From: Squalus acanthias
Lineage: Eukaryota
Assembly: GCA_030390025.1 (NCBI GenBank)
Contig: CM059431.1
Coordinates: forward strand, 128,342,001 to 128,406,000
Direction: 5' to 3'
DNA length: 64,000 nucleotides
The translations under genes and the position numbers were made by a program. Positions 1 to 14,600 of this stretch are shown here, in pieces. The notes below the pieces were generated by a model. The model saw nothing but the letters and a program-made list of their open reading frames with translations, did no database searches and was not told the DNA's origin. How positions within the stretch are numbered: position 1 is the first letter of the stretch; each line of letters starts with the position of its first letter.

Positions 1-324
1 TATCTGAAATGTTTCAGTAGCGATTACTGCAGCTCAGAATGACTATTTGGAGGGATTTTCTTTTTTTGATTTAAGCCTAGGAAGCATTGAACTTGCTTTT
101 GACTGCCAGCAGGAGTATGAAACCACTGGAATATTTTGAACCTCCTCCGCACTCCCCTTCACAGCTGCAGGTATGACATTTGCTCTGAGCATATCTAAAT
201 AATTCATTGTCATGGAGGAAAAGATGGAAGAGCAGGAGAGGATGGAAGAAGGGAGAGTGAGGCATCATTTAAGGAGGATGCACTCAACAAGAAATGAGTT
301 CCAGCTCAAAGAATATACAGGCAG

Positions 325-577
325 CATAGAAGCATAGAATCATACAACAAGGTAGGCCATTCGGCCCATTGTGCCTGTGCCGGCTCTTTGAAAGCTATCC
401 AATTAGTCGCACTCCTCTGCTCTTTCCCCATGGCCCTGTAAATTTTTCTTTTTCAAGTATATATGCAATTCCCTTTTCAAAATTACAATTGAATCAGCTT
501 CCACCACCCTTTCAGGCAGTGCACTCCAGATCATACTAACTCACGGAGTAAAAATAATTCTCCTCATCTCCCCTCTG
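325..577 (-). mobile_element. CR1 LINE 3' fragment
   Basis: catagaa-type tail plus CR1 3'UTR and ORF2 end, similar to the copies at 658 and 62752. Confidence 0.8.
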
Positions 578-657
578 AGAGATGAGGAGAAATTGGAAAC
601 ATATGTCCTATGAAGGTTGAGGAGATGTGCATTAGAAGAGTGTACTTCACAAAAGAG

Positions 658-3165
658 TCATAGTCATAGATAGAGTCATAGAGTTATACAGCACAGAAAG
701 AAGCCCTTCGGCCCATCGTGTCCGCGCCGGCCATCAAGCCCTATCTATTCTAATCCCATTTTCCAGCACTTGGTCCGTAGCCTTGTATGCTATGGCGTTT
801 CAAGTGCTCATCTAAATGCTTCTTGAATGTTATAAGGGTTCCTGCCTCTACCACCCTTTCAGGCAGTGAGTTCCAGATTCCAACCACCCTCTGGGTGAAA
901 AAGTTTTTCCTCAAATCCCCTCTAAACCGTCTGCCCCTCACCTTGAAACTATGCCCCCTGGTTATTGACCCCTCTACTAAGAGGAAAAGTTCCTTTCTAT
1001 CTACCCTCTCTATGGCCCTCATAATTTTGTACACCTCAATCAGATGCCCCCTCAGCCTCCACTGCTCTAACGAAAACAACCCCAGCCTGTCCAGTCTCTC
1101 TTCATAGCTGAAGCACTCCAGCCCAGGTAACATCCTGATTAATCTCCTCTGCACCCCCGCCAATGCAATCACATCCTTCCTACAGTGTGGCGACCAGAAC
1201 TGCACACAGTATTCCAGCTGTGGCCTAACTAGCATTTTGTACAGCTCCATCATAACCTCCCTGCTCTTATATTCTATGCCTCGGCTAATGAAGGCAAGTA
1301 TCCCATATGCCTTTTTAACCACCTTATCTACCTGTCCTGCTGCCTTCAGGGATCTATGTACATGCACACCACGGTCCCTCTGATCCTCTGTCATCCCTAG
1401 GATCCTACCATTCATGGTGTATTTCCTTGCCTTGTTAGTCCTCCCAAAATGCATCACCTCACACTTTTCAGGGTTAAATTCCATTTGCCACTGTTCTGCC
1501 CATCTGACCAACCCGTCTATATTGTCCTGTAGCCTGAGTCTTCCCTCCTCGCCATTTACCACCCCACCAATTTTTGTGTCATCTGCGAACGTACTGATCA
1601 TACCTCATACATTCATATCTAAATCATTAATGTACACTACCAACAGCAAAGGACCCAGTACCAATCCCTGCAGTACACCACTGGACACAGGCTTCCAGTC
1701 ACAAAAACAACCTTCATCCATCACCCTCTGCCTCCTGCCACTAAGCCCCTTTTGGATCCAATGTGCCAATTTGCCCTGGATCCCATGGGCTTTTGCCTTC
1801 TTGTCCAGTCTCCCATGCGGGACTTTGTCAAAAGCCTTACTGAAGTCCATGTAGACTACATCAACTGCACTACCCTCATCCACACACCTAGTCACCCCCT
1901 CGAAAAATTCAATTATGTTGGTTAGACATGATCTCCCCCTGACAAAGCCATGCTGACTATTCTTGATTAATCCTTGCCTCTCCAAGTGGAGACCAATTCT
2001 GTCCCTCAGAATTTTTCCAATAATTTCCCTACCACTGATGTTACGCTCACTGGCCTGTAATTCCCTGGTTTATCCCTACTACCCTTCTTGAATAATGGTA
2101 CTACGTTAGCTGTCCTCCAGTCCTCTGGCATCTCCCCTGTGGCCAGAGAGGTTCTGAAAATTTGTGTCAGAGCCCCTGCAATCTCCTCCCTTGCCTCACA
2201 CAGCAGCCTAGGATACATCTCGTCTGGGCCTGGGGATTTATCCACTTTTAAACCTACTAAAACCGTTAGTACCTCCTCCCTCTCAATACTAATTTGTTCA
2301 AGTATATCACAATCCCCCTGCCTGATTTCTATGCCTAAATCGCCCTTCTCCATAGTGAACACAGATGCAAAATATTCATTTAAAACCTCACCTACATCTT
2401 CCGGCTCTACACACAGATTGCCACGTTGGTCCCTAATGGGCCCTACTCTTTCCCTGGTTATCCTCTTGCCCTTAATATACTTATAAAACACCTTGGGATT
2501 TTCCTTTATTTTCCCGCCAGTGTTTTTTCATGCCCCCTCTTCGCTCTCCTAATTTCTTTTTTAAGTACCCCCCTGCACTTTCTATACTCCTCTAGGGCTT
2601 CCACTGTTTTTAGTCCTTTGTATCTGCCGAAAGCCTCCCTTTTTTTCCTAATCCATTCTTGTATATCCCTTGACATCCAGGGTTCCCTGGGCTTGTTGGT
2701 CCTCTACGGGAACATGTTGACATTGTACTCTCTCTATTTCCTTTCTGAAAGACTCCCACTGCTCTGATGTGGATTTTCCGACAAGTAGCTTATCCCAATC
2801 CACTTTGGCCAGATCCTGCCTTATCATATTAAAATCGGCCTTCCCCCAATTTAGAACTTTTATTTCCGGTCCATCTATGTCCTTTTCCATGACTGCCTTA
2901 AATCTCACCGAATTATGGTCACTGTCATCAAAATGCTCTCCTACTGACACTTCTACCACTTGCCCGGCTACATTCCCTAGAATTAGGTCCAGTACCGCCC
3001 CCTCTCTTGTAGGACTTTCTACATGCTGGCTCATAAAGCTTTCCTGGATGCACTTTAAGAATTCCGCACCCTCTAAGTCTTTCACACTCTGACTATCCCA
3101 GTTAATATTGGGGAAGTTGAAATTGCCCTACTATTATTACCCTATTATTTCTGCACTTCTCTGAG
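658..3165 (-). mobile_element. 5'-truncated CR1 LINE, ORF2 (part of endonuclease + RT) with stops and frameshifts
   Basis: ORFs 750-1601 (FADD...RKNFFTQRVV..WN.LP), 1605-1985 (QHGF, DFSKAFDKV), 2006-2491 (KSPGPD, NYRPVS), 2648-3085 (LDL, SDHN); catagag tail; GAG at both junctions. Confidence 0.95.
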
Positions 3166-6005
3166 ACACTAGGGGAGCTATGCCAGCTTCTATATGAGGA
3201 CCTGGAGCCATGGTCATCTGTTGGGACAGCTCTGTCTGTGGTTATGAAGGTCACTATTCTACTTAATTTTTATGTAACTGGGTCATTTCAGACAGCCATA
3301 GAGGACCTGTTTAATATTAACCTAACGTGCCTTCCGGTCATTGTAAGGTCACTGATAATTTTCTGCAAAACTGTGGAATTCATCCAGTTTGGCATCACAA
3401 CAAGGCAGTGGCGCGATATGGGGTTGCTAGCATTCCCAAGATGCAGGATGCAAGAGATGGCACTCATGTCACTTTGTGAGTTTGGAATATGAATTCCCTC
3501 AATTAGTTCAACAGAAAGGGCTTCCTCCTGCTGAATGTCCAGAATGTATGTGACAACACACAAAGCAACAGGGGTGGAGAAATTCGGTATCTTAGCGCCT
3601 CCAGTTAGCGCCTGGCAGGGGCACTAATGGGGCACTAAGGCAATAGCGCCGCAGCAAGGCAAATCAAGCGACACGCTCCAAATCCAACACCGCCGTAGCG
3701 CTGCTGCAACGAGTTAGCACCAGGGACTTCAGCACCAGGCAGATCGTGACATCAGTGAGCATACAACACTCACTGGGTGCCCGATCTGCTAAATTGATTA
3801 TCGCCCCCTGCCTTAGCGCCAGTGGATCCTTCCAGTCTGCAATAGGAGACATAGCTAACATTTCGCATTTCGCCGTCCATCGCTGCATCCGGAGACCACA
3901 GATGCTCGCCACAGTAGGAGAAGTGACTACATTTCCTTCCCCATCACTAGGGAGAAGCAGGACAAGCATGCATGTGGCTTTGCCAGGATAGCGGGATTCC
4001 CCATGGTGCAGGGCGTCATTGATTGCACCCACATGGATTTGCGGGCACCGCATAACAATCCTGAGATCTTCTGTAACCGCAAAGGTTACCACTCACTTAA
4101 TGTGCATTTGGTGTGCAACTGAAGACAGCGAATCCTCAATGTGAATGCCCGCTATCTTGGCAGCAGCCACGATGCCTTCATCCTGCGCCAGACCGGTGTG
4201 ACAGCACTCTACCAGTCACTAAATCAAGCTTGAGGCTGGCTGGTCGGAGACAAGGGCTATCCGCTCTCTACCTGGCTCATAACTCCCCTCCGTTACCCAA
4301 ACACTCCTGCCCAGCATTCATATAATGAGAGTCATGCCGCCACCAGGAACATCATCGAGCAGATCATCAGGATACTCAAGCAATGGTTCCGCTGCCTTGA
4401 CCACTCGGGAGGAGACCTCCAGTACTCGGCTGAGCGGGAGTCCCATTTCGTCGTTGTCTGCTGCATGTTCCACAATTTGGCCATCATGAAGGCCCAGCCC
4501 TTGCCACCAGGGATTGCGGGACCACCTCAGGAGGAGGAAGTAGGAGAGGAGGAGGACGAGCAGAAAGAGGAAGAAGAGGAAGACTAGGAGAATGAGGATG
4601 AGGAGGAGGAGGGGGAGGAGGAGGAGGAGGAACAGGAGCGAGGGAGGAGGCAGCCACTCAATCGGCCTCATCAGACTACAGTTCTTGTAAATTCAACCCC
4701 AGATCCCCGTTGCTCACCACATCCCCATCATTCCATCCCTGTCGCAGGCCATTTCACAGCACAAAGCTGAAATGCAACACACCACAAAATAATCCAAACT
4801 GAATTAATAAATTTATCAATAAACAGCTAACACATATTTACAACAACAATATTAACTATTCACCCTTGTGCAATCCCTTAGTGCTTCTTGTTACTGTGCC
4901 TTTGCCTATTCTAGTGCTCCTACGAAGTGTTGGCCCCACTAGTGGCTGCAGCATGGCTGCTGGAAGGCTGCTGAGAGTCCATGCGGGAGACTTCAGATGA
5001 TCTTGCACGACGGCCTCGACCAGCTCTGTGCCTGGAAGACCCAGCTGTAGACTGCACCACCTCAGCATGGGCGGCAGCAGTCTGGGCTGGCTGGATGACA
5101 GGCAGTGACAAGGGCAATGGCGGAGTGGCAGTGGTGGGATCAGGAATGTTGTCATCCTGAGGTTACTGCTCCACTGACCCACTGCCACTCCTCCGGGGCA
5201 GAAGCTCAGCATCCCTAGCAATCTGTTGGAGCACAGATTTCTGGCCTACTGCGAAACTGTGAAAGCCCCGTTCGACAGTGGTAGACACAGCCACGATGGC
5301 AGCAGTCAGAGCTTGCGTGGCATCAAGCTGAGACTGCATGAGAGCAGTCTGAGATTGGATGCCACCAAGCATAGACTGCATTACAGCACTAAGATATTGC
5401 ATCGCTTCCGCCTGTGCTGCAATGGAAGCTGCCAAATCACCCATCACATGCGGCATCAGGTCTGGGTCACCACGGTCTCTCTGGGAGTCTACCATCCTTT
5501 CCAGACTGCAAATGATGGGCTCCATGGTGTGCGCAGAGCTCTGTGCAATGTTGGAGGCAGACTCCTCCACGCTCATTATCATTGCCAAGAGGCTCTCGGG
5601 CACCCTTGCCATTGCACCTATCATCTCCGTGTGCATGCCCGTCACCCTTCTTCTAAAGGCCTACCCATCGAGGTCCTCATCTGAGTCCTGTGCAGCAGAA
5701 CTTGCGCGAACTTGCCCTCCGGGGAGCAGGCCCCCGAGCTACCCTTTCCCCCTGGCCTTGCTGCAGACCACTCGTCCCCGGTGCATCACCCTGTGCAGAT
5801 CCCACTACTATACTAGCCTCTAAAGAACACGTCGTGCCAGTATCTGAGCTGGTACCTGTGGGTGAGACATGCAGTGAAGTAGTGTCTTCTTCCTCCTCCT
5901 CTTCTTCCACCTCGCTCTCAAAGGTCCCCTCAGGGACAGGCTGCTCAGGTGCTTGCTCATTATCTGAAAGCATAAAGGCACAATAGGCGGGTTAATGTGA
6001 GGGGA

Positions 6006-7110
6006 TGTGAAGGAATAAGCCATATAACCTATTCAGAAAAATACACCATTCTATGAAAGAATTCTGGCCTTATTAAAACATGACAAACTGGGTCTGGAAA
6101 TCTAGAAACCTAACTATGAAAAAGCTGTGATAGTTGTTGACACTGAATCAATAACCTTATTGAAACAGAAGGTTAATGGCTCCCGACAGTCTGAATTTTT
6201 GGAATCAAACAAAGGTTCACCCTGTACAAGGTGTTCTAATTTACACTTCGTAAAGAAGCACAAACATCTGCCTTCGTAAAAATGACATCAAGTAAAATGC
6301 ACCTGCCGTTACACCGTTTTTTATGGTAAATTTAGAACACCTAGAGAAGAGACATAATTCTGTAATGCTACCAGCTGAGGTGACTGTAAGAACTGTAGGG
6401 GTCAGCAGAAAAATGACTAGAGATAATTAGCTTACATCAGCAGAAAACCTTAAAGGAAATACCACTGGAAAAGGGTATAAATATTGAACTCTCAAATGGG
6501 ATAGTAGACTCGCTTTAAAGGGGCAAGGCAATTCTCGGCTTCAGAGGCAGCTCTGTAAGTCTACAACTCTTTGTACCTCGGGTATCAAAGGTATTTGATT
6601 TTGGTGGATATCCTGTAGAAAACCAAGAACTGTAAAACTGTAGCGAAGTTAAGATTTAAGAATAAGGTTCTCTGATAATAGAATTGCAAACTTTCTCTTT
6701 TTGGAACTGTTAATGTTGCGATTGACTCACCAACTGTAAATTACATGTCGGTTCTTCAATAAAACTATATATTTTTAGAATTGTCTCACATAAGACTTCT
6801 GTATCAAACTCGCAAACTCAATCTCTGTACACTCTTTGGTGAGGAGTTGCAGAATTCTGGGGGAGTTTTCCAGACCCTTATAATATCCGGAATGTTACAG
6901 TCTAGCTAAACTTATTAAAAGTGCTATCTGGAGGACGGTAACATTTTCAGGTTGTTCCTTTCCTTTAGGGAGAGATAGTCCGGACCTTTAGACCCAATTA
7001 AGCGTCTTTAGGATTCGGCTACCTCAAACTTTAGTTGAAAGTGAACGTCTGAGGAATACGCCTGATCCGGGGTAGCCCTAAAGGGGCTAGGACTAGTAAT
7101 TATCCCTTCT
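6006..7110 (+). mobile_element. Solo LTR (~1.1 kb)
   Basis: Ends tgtgaaggaataa / ttatcccttct; GGGA on both sides (6002-6005, 7111-7114); TATAAA ~6475; AATAAA 6758; interrupts a Harbinger intron that is uninterrupted in the related copy near 32810. Confidence 0.7.
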
Positions 7111-7675
7111 GGGAGGGGGGCAGGAAGGGAGAAATGCATGCATACAGCATGATTAGCTGGAAAGTGCGAAAGGCTTGTGGGGTGAGGGGGAAGTGGGATT
7201 TGAGAAGAAGGAGTAGGGATGAACATAGTGCTGTTGTCCCCAAGGGGATCAATGTTGCCGATGGCCACGGCACCCACCACCTGGCGCCCAATAATCTCCA
7301 TCCATCTAATATGATATCAAGAAATCAACTAATCACCCTTATGCATTCCCTTAGTGACTGTCTTGTGTGTGCCTTTGCCTATCCTACTGATGCTACCCCA
7401 CTGGCTGCAGCATGGCTGGTGGAAGGTTGCTGACTTTCAGTGGGAGACATTGCAAATGGCCTTGCTGGTTGACCTTGAGGAGCTGGTGGCTGGCAGTGGC
7501 AAATCAATCTTCTTCTTCTTCTTCTTTTCTTCTTCACTCTCTTCTCCCTCTTCTTGGCCAAGCACTGGCTGGGCAGGCTGTAATTCTTGGGTGTGTGAAA
7601 TGAGGAAGGCATAAGGATGGAGTTGTGGTGAGGGGAGGGCGGGAAAGCAGGAGATGTGTGCCAGAAGGAGGGTAA

Positions 7676-8113
7676 TAGAACATAGAACATAGAACAGTAC
7701 AGCACAGTACAGGCCCTTCGGCCCTCGATGTTGTGCCGAGCATTGTCCGAAACCAAGATCAAGCTATCCCACTCCCTATCACTCTGGTGTGCTCCATGTG
7801 CTTATCCAATAACCGCTTGAAAGTTCCTAAAGTGTCCGACTCCACTATCACAGCAGGCAGTCCATTCCACACCCCAACCACTCTCTGAGTAAAGAATCTA
7901 CCTCGGACATCCCTTCTATATCTCCCCCCATGCACCTTATAGTTATGCCCCCTTGTAACTGCTTCCTCTACCCGAGGAAATAGTCTCTGAACATCCACTC
8001 TATCTATCCCCCTCATCATCTTATAAACCTCTATTAAGTCGCCTCTCATCCTCCTCCGCTCCAAAGAGAAAAGCCCCAACTCCCTCAATCTTTCCTCATA
8101 AGACCTCCCCCAG
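7676..8113 (-). mobile_element. CR1 3' fragment
   Basis: (atagaac)n tail; ORF 7759-8088 LFSLERRRMRGDLIE...FFTQRVV. Confidence 0.9.
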
Positions 8114-10092
8114 CATCTTGTATCCTTTCAGCCCCGTCACTGGCCAAGGGCTCAACCATGCCCCTGCTAAGAATGGCCAGCACCATCTCCTCCAAGGGAG
8201 TGAGGTGAGGCTAGGAATTTGAGATGTGCCTCGTGATTGGTACAGATTGTTGGTAGGTGAGTGATTGGGGGTGGGAGTCATGCATTGAGCAGTGTGTGAG
8301 GCTAGTGATGCAGTTGGCAAGAGACGACTTTTGAAGATGCATTCACTGAACTTGACCAGTGGTCTGAGGTCATGAAGCTTCTTTGGGCACTGGAGCCAGG
8401 TCATGGGGGCAACACTGCTGGCAGTGACGGCCTCGATGATGTTGTTCCACATCGTTCTTTCTGGGGGACCTCCTGGCCCCTGTGGGTAGAGGATTTAACT
8501 TGCAGCGCTGACCCCCTGCAAAAAGCTGGAGTGTTGCGTGCGAGAACCTGGATACCCCTTCCCTGGCTTGCTGAGCCATTTGTGTTAGTGCTGAAGTACT
8601 TTTACCATTTTTTGGGGTGCGGAAGACAATTCAGCATTATCTGTTTAATTCATAGCCTTTTAAATTGCCCACAATTCATTGCGAACTTCATAGCCTCGCT
8701 CCCAGAGGCTGTAAGAGGCTGCACCGCCACTCCTGGATGGGAACTGTGAATCGGATGCCTCCACTAACGCCACCAGGAGGGCATTACATGGAAAGTTAGC
8801 GTTGCGCTACATTCCTCAAGCAACCAGCGTGAATTTTTGCCCGGTAGCACTGCGGCCATTTTCGGCGGCCGTTAACTCGAGTTGCCGGTGATATTGGCAA
8901 CTCTGGTGGAGGCCACAAATTTTTCCCCCAATGCACCCCTACCCCCAAACTAAGCCATCTAAAAAGGCCTGGACATGGACATTCTTGGAAGTTGCCACAA
9001 GCTGCTTTGGAGGCAGAGCAATATGGAGAAGAGCATCAGAAAGACCTTCACTTCAAGGACTCCTCAATGACTGCTGCAAGGGGCATCAGAGCACAACTGA
9101 TCAGTAAAGTGTTCTCATCTATTAAACACAGTAACCATTGCCTTACCTCATTCTCTCTCACCTTTGAATAAAGAACAAATCCTTCAACACTGGACCCATC
9201 AAAGAATACCACAATACATTGGACCTCATTGCCCCTACATGAGCATGCCAATAATAATAATTTGACTGAATAACACAGAATGAATAAATGCACCCTTTCT
9301 TATTTGACTGTGACTTCCATGAATGACAAAGCATGACATGTGCACATTCTCCTTTAATACAAGAGACTCAAAGTGAACAGAAGTCAGATTACTCTTTTCT
9401 CACACTGTGCTCTCCCTGGGTGTCTAAACATGAACTTTCTTTCTCTTTTTCTGTGCTTATCTGAGATGCAGCCTAAGGGCCAGAATCATAAGAGGTGGTT
9501 GGTTGCTTTGGTGTTACAAAAGGCTCATGGACTGAAGTGACCTTCTTCTTATAGCTGCCTGCTCCTGGGAAGCAGTGGCTGCTGACTACATCTCTGGAGC
9601 TTGTGTCCGTGCAGTGTGGTGTCGTTTCCTACATGGCACTGGTATAGTGCTCTTGAGCAGATAGGCCAGAGGCTTGATGTGCAGCTGTCACCATTCCACT
9701 GTTCCCTGGATCTATGCATCCACTGATCAATAGGATTGCTAGGCTATTAGCAGCTAGCAGATCCTGAATGCCCTGCAAGATAATGGACTGCATTGCAGCC
9801 TTAAGTGGGTACACAAGATCCTGTCTAAGCTCTTCCCTACTGCTACAAGAGCTGCAGTACGTGCTTCTGTGGATGTGGAGGCACTGACTCATCTCTATCA
9901 GCTTCTGAGTCCGAGCTTTCTCAGAAGATTCCAATAAAGTTGGCATATGCAAGGCGGAGACTCTTGGAGACATCCACAGCCTACAACATACGGTTTTCAA
10001 AAAGCCTTTGATAAAATGTTGTGCAAAATACTGTGATGTAAGATTGCATCGTGTGGGATTCATGGGCAGATCTTAGGTTGGTCAGAGAATTA

Positions 10093-11488
10093 TTTTTTTT
10101 ATTCGTTCCTGGGTTGTGGACGGCGCTGGCAAGACCAGCATTTATTGCCCATCCCTAATTGCCCTTGAGAAGGTGGTGGTGAGCCGTCTTCTTGAACCAC
10201 TGCAGACCATGTGGTGAAGGTACTCCCACAGTGCTGTTAGGGGGGAGTTCCAGGATTTTGACCCAGTGGCGATGACGGAACGGCGATAAATTTCCAAGTC
10301 AGGATGGTGTGTGACTTGGAGGGGAACTTGGAGCTGGTGGTGTTGCCAAAGAAGTCTTGGAGAGTTGCTGCAATGCATCTTGTAGATGGTACACACTGCA
10401 GCCACGGTACGCCGGTGGTGGAGGGAGTGAATGTTTAAGGTGGTGGATGGGGTGTCAATCAAGTGGGCTGCTTTGTCCTGGATGGTGTCGAGCTTCTTGA
10501 GTGTTGTTGGAGTTGCACTCATCCAGGCAAGTGGAGTGTATTCCATCACACTCCTGAATTGTGCCTTGTAGATGGTGGAAGAGCTTTGGGGAGTCAGGAG
10601 GTGCAGAAACTGAACACTGAGCAATCATTAGCACACATCCCCATTCTGACCTTATGATGGAGGGAAGTTCTTTGCACGCGCTGCAGAATACCGAGCCTCT
10701 GACCTGCTCTTGTTGCCACATTATTTATGGGCCTGGTCCAGTTAAGTTTCTGGTCAATGGTGACCCCCCAGGATGTTGCTGATAATTCGGTGATGGTAAT
10801 GCCATTGAATGTCAAGGGGCGGTGGTTAGACACTCGTTTGTTGGAGATAATCATTGCTTGGCACTTGTGTGGCGCGAATATTAATTGCCACTTATCACCC
10901 AAGCCTGAATGTCATCCAGGTCTTGTTGCATGCGGGCATGGATTGCTCCATTATCTGAGGAGTTGCGAATGGCACTGAACATTGTGCAGTCATCAGCGAA
11001 CATCCCCACTTCTGACCTTATGATGGAGGGAAGGTCATTGATGAAGCAGCTGAAGATGTTTGGGCCTAGGACACTGCCCTGAGGAACTCCTGCAGCGGTG
11101 TCCTGGGGCTATGATGATTGACCACCAACCACTACAACCATCTTCCTTTATGCTAGGTATGACTCCAGCCAGTGGAGAGTTTTCCCCCGATTCCCATTGA
11201 CTTCAGTTTTACTAGGGCTCCTTGATGCCACACTCGGTCAAATGCTGCCTTGATGTCAAGGACAGTCACTCTCACCTCACCTCTGGAATTCAGCTCTTTT
11301 GTCCATGATTGGACCAAGGCTGTAATGAGGTCTGGAGCTGAGTGGTCCTGGCGGAACCCAAACTGGGCATCAGTGAGCAGGTTATTGGTAAGTAAGTGCT
11401 GCTTGATAGCACTGTCGTCGACAATTTCCATCACTTTGCTGATGATTGAGAGTAGACTGATGAGGCGGTAATTGGTCGTATTGGATTG
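10093..11488 (-). mobile_element. Divergent CR1/L2-group LINE (distinct family), 5'-truncated RT
   Basis: QFGFRQDHSAPDL, LDIKAAFDRVWH, FADD, YKAQFRSVMEY motifs; A-rich tail. Confidence 0.85.
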
Positions 11489-11628
11489 GTAGCATTCACA
11501 TAGACAGAGTAGTTATTAATGGTAGCAACTCTGGATCAGGGCTGTTCACTAGAAGCGTCGCACAATGGTTAGTGGTGGATCATTGCTCTTCACCATCTTT
11601 ATTAATGATCATGATGAAGGCATCAGTA

Positions 11629-14600
11629 GATAGAAACATAGAAACATAGAAGATAGGAGCAGGAGTAGGCCATTCGGCCCCTCGAGCCTGCTCCGCCATT
11701 CGATGAGATCATGGCTGATCATGCAAACTCAGTACCCTGTACCTGCCTTCTCCCCATATCCCTTGATACCTTTAGCTTTAAGAAATATATCTAACTCATT
11801 CTTGGATATATTTAATGACTTGGCCTCAACTACCTTCTGTGGTAGAGAATTCCACAGGTTCACCACTCTCTGGGTGAAGAAATTCTTCCTCATTTCTGTC
11901 CTAAATGGCTTACCCGTTATCCTTAGATTATGACCCCTGGTTCTGGACTCTCCGAACATCAGGAACATTCTTCCTGCATCTAGTTTGTCCAGACCTGTCA
12001 GAATTTTATATGTTTCGATGAGATCCCCTCTCATTCTTCTATACTGCAGCGAGTATAAGCCCAATCGACCCAATCTCTCCTCATATGTCATTCCTGCCAT
12101 CCCAGGTATCAGCCTTGTGAATCTTCGCTGAACTCCTTCCATGGCAAGAACATCCTTCCTCAGATAAGGCGACCAAAACTGCACACAGTACTCAAGGAGT
12201 GGTCTCACCAAGGCCCTGTACAACTGCAGCAGGACATCCCTGTTCCTATACTCAAACCCTTTCGCTATGAAGGCCAACATACCATTTGCCTTCTTCACCG
12301 CCTGCTGCACCTGCATGCTTACTTTCAGCGACTGGTGCACAAGGACACCTAGGTCTCGTTGCACTTCCCCTTCTCCCAATCTATTGCCATTCAGATAATA
12401 GTCTGCCTTTCTGTTTTTGACACCAAAGTGGATAACCTCGCACTAATCCAATTTATATTGCATCTGCCACGCTTCTGCCCACTCACCCAACCTGTCCAAA
12501 TCATCCTGGAGTTTCTTGGTATCCTCCTCGCAGCACACACACCCACCCAGCTTTGTGTCATCTGCAAACTTGGAGATATTACATCTAGTTCCCTTATCTA
12601 GATCATTAATGTATATTGTGAATAGCTGGGGTCCAAGGACCGATCCCTGCGGTACCCCACTAGTCACTGCTTGCCACTCGGAAAAAGACCCATTAATTCC
12701 TACTCTCTGCTTTCTGTCCGCCAACCAGTTCTCTATCCAAGTCAATACCTTGCCCCCAATCCCATGTGCCTTAACTTTACACGCTAATCTCTTATGCGGG
12801 ACCTTATCGAAAGCCTTTTGAAAGTCCAAATACACCACATATACTGGTTCTCCCTTATCTATTTTCCCAGTTACATCCTCAAAAAATTCCAGTAGATTAG
12901 TCAAGCACGATTTACCTTTTGTAAATCCATGTAGACTTTGTCCGATCCAGTCACTGTTTTTCAAGTGCTCAGCTATTACATCCTTTATAATGGACTCTAG
13001 CATTTTCCCCAATACCGATGTCAGGCTTACCGGTCTGTAATTCCCCGCTTTCTCTCTACCACCCTTTTTGAATAGTGGGGAAACATTGGCTACCCTCCAA
13101 TCCATGGGTACAGTTCCAGATTCCATCGAATGTTGGAAGATGACCAGCAATGCATCTACTATTTCTAGGGCCACTTCCTTAAGTACCCTAGGATGTAGAT
13201 TATCAGGCCCTGGGGATTTATCGGCCTTCAATCCTGTCAATTTCCCTAACACCATTTCCCTGCAAATACTGATTTCTTTCAGTTCCTCCCTTTCATCAGA
13301 CCCTATGTTCTCCAACATCTCTGGGAGATTATTTGTGTCCTCCTTTGTGAAGACAGAACCAAAATATGCATTTAATTGGTCTGCCATTTCTTTGTTCCCA
13401 TTATAACTTCCCCCGCTTCTGATTGCAAGGGACCTACACTTGATTTCACTAATCTTTTTCTCTTCACATATCTATAAAAGCTCTTACAGTCAGTTTTTAT
13501 GTTGCCAGCAAGCTTACTTTCATATTCTATTTTCCCCTTCTTAATTAATCCCATTGTCCTCCTTTGTTGAATCCTAAACTGCTCCCAATCCTCAGGGCTA
13601 CCGCTTTTTCTGGCCAATTTATATGCCCTCTCCTTGGATCTTATGCTATCCCTAATTTCCCTTGTTAGCCACGGTTGAGTCACCCTTTTTGTTTTATTCT
13701 TATGCCACACTGGGATGAACAAATTCTGTATTTCATCCATGCAGTCTTTGAATGTTTGCCATTGCCTATCCACCATCAACCCCTTGAGTGACATTCCCCA
13801 ATCAATCCTACCCAATTCGCGCCTCATACCATCGTAGTTTCCTTTATTTAAATTCAGGACCCTAGTCTCTGATTCAACGACTTCACTCTCCATCCTAATA
13901 AGAATTCTATCATATTATGATCACTCTGACCCAAGGGGCCTCGTACAACAAGATTGCTAATTAATCCTTTCTCGTTACATAATACCCAGTCTAAGATGGC
14001 CTGATCTCTGATTGGTTCCTCGACATATTGTTCCAGAAAACCATCTCGTAAACATTCTAGGAATTCCTCCTCCACAGTATTTTTACTAATTTGGTTAGCC
14101 CAATCTATATGTAAATTAAAGTCACCCATGATGACTGCTGTGCCCTTACTGCATGCTTCTCTAATTTCCCTTTTAATGCCGTCCCCAACCTCCGTATTAC
14201 TGTTTGGAGGTCTATATACCACTCCCACTAACGTTTTCTGCCCTTTGTTATTTCTCAGTTCTACCCATACAGATTCCGCATCATCAGAGCTAATATCCTT
14301 CCTTTCAATTGTGTTAATCCCCTCTTTAACCAGCAATGCTACCCCACCTCCCTTTCTTTTTTGCCTATCTTTCCTAAATATTGAATAACCCTGGATGTTG
14401 AGTTCCCAGCCTTGGCCACCCTGGAGCCATGTTTCTGTAATCCCAATCAAATCGTATTAATTTACCTCTATTTGCGCAGCTAATTCATCCACCTTGTTCC
14501 GAATGCTCCTTGCATTAAGACACAAAGCCTTCAGGCTTGTTTTTTTAACGCTCTCAGACCTATATGAATTATTATTTACTGTGACCATGTTTGATTTAAA

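Larger units (their letters stand above)
3571..8929 (+). mobile_element. Harbinger element (probably chimeric): transposase on +, Myb/SANT gene on -
   Basis: Ends ggggtggagaaattc / aaatttttcccc. Transposase motifs GSFQ, IDCTH, GDKGY, FRCLD, CCMFHN and acidic tail (3746-4690). Myb gene pieces on minus at 4856-5973, 7111-7670 and 8114-8579. Confidence 0.85.

Noticed and set aside
787..3092. Plus-strand ORFs over the LINEs (and similar antisense ORFs elsewhere)
   Set aside because: Antisense shadows of conserved RT coding sequence.
3746..4690. Domesticated host HARBI1 gene
   Set aside because: Multiple frameshifted copies with TIRs and partner Myb genes indicate transposons.
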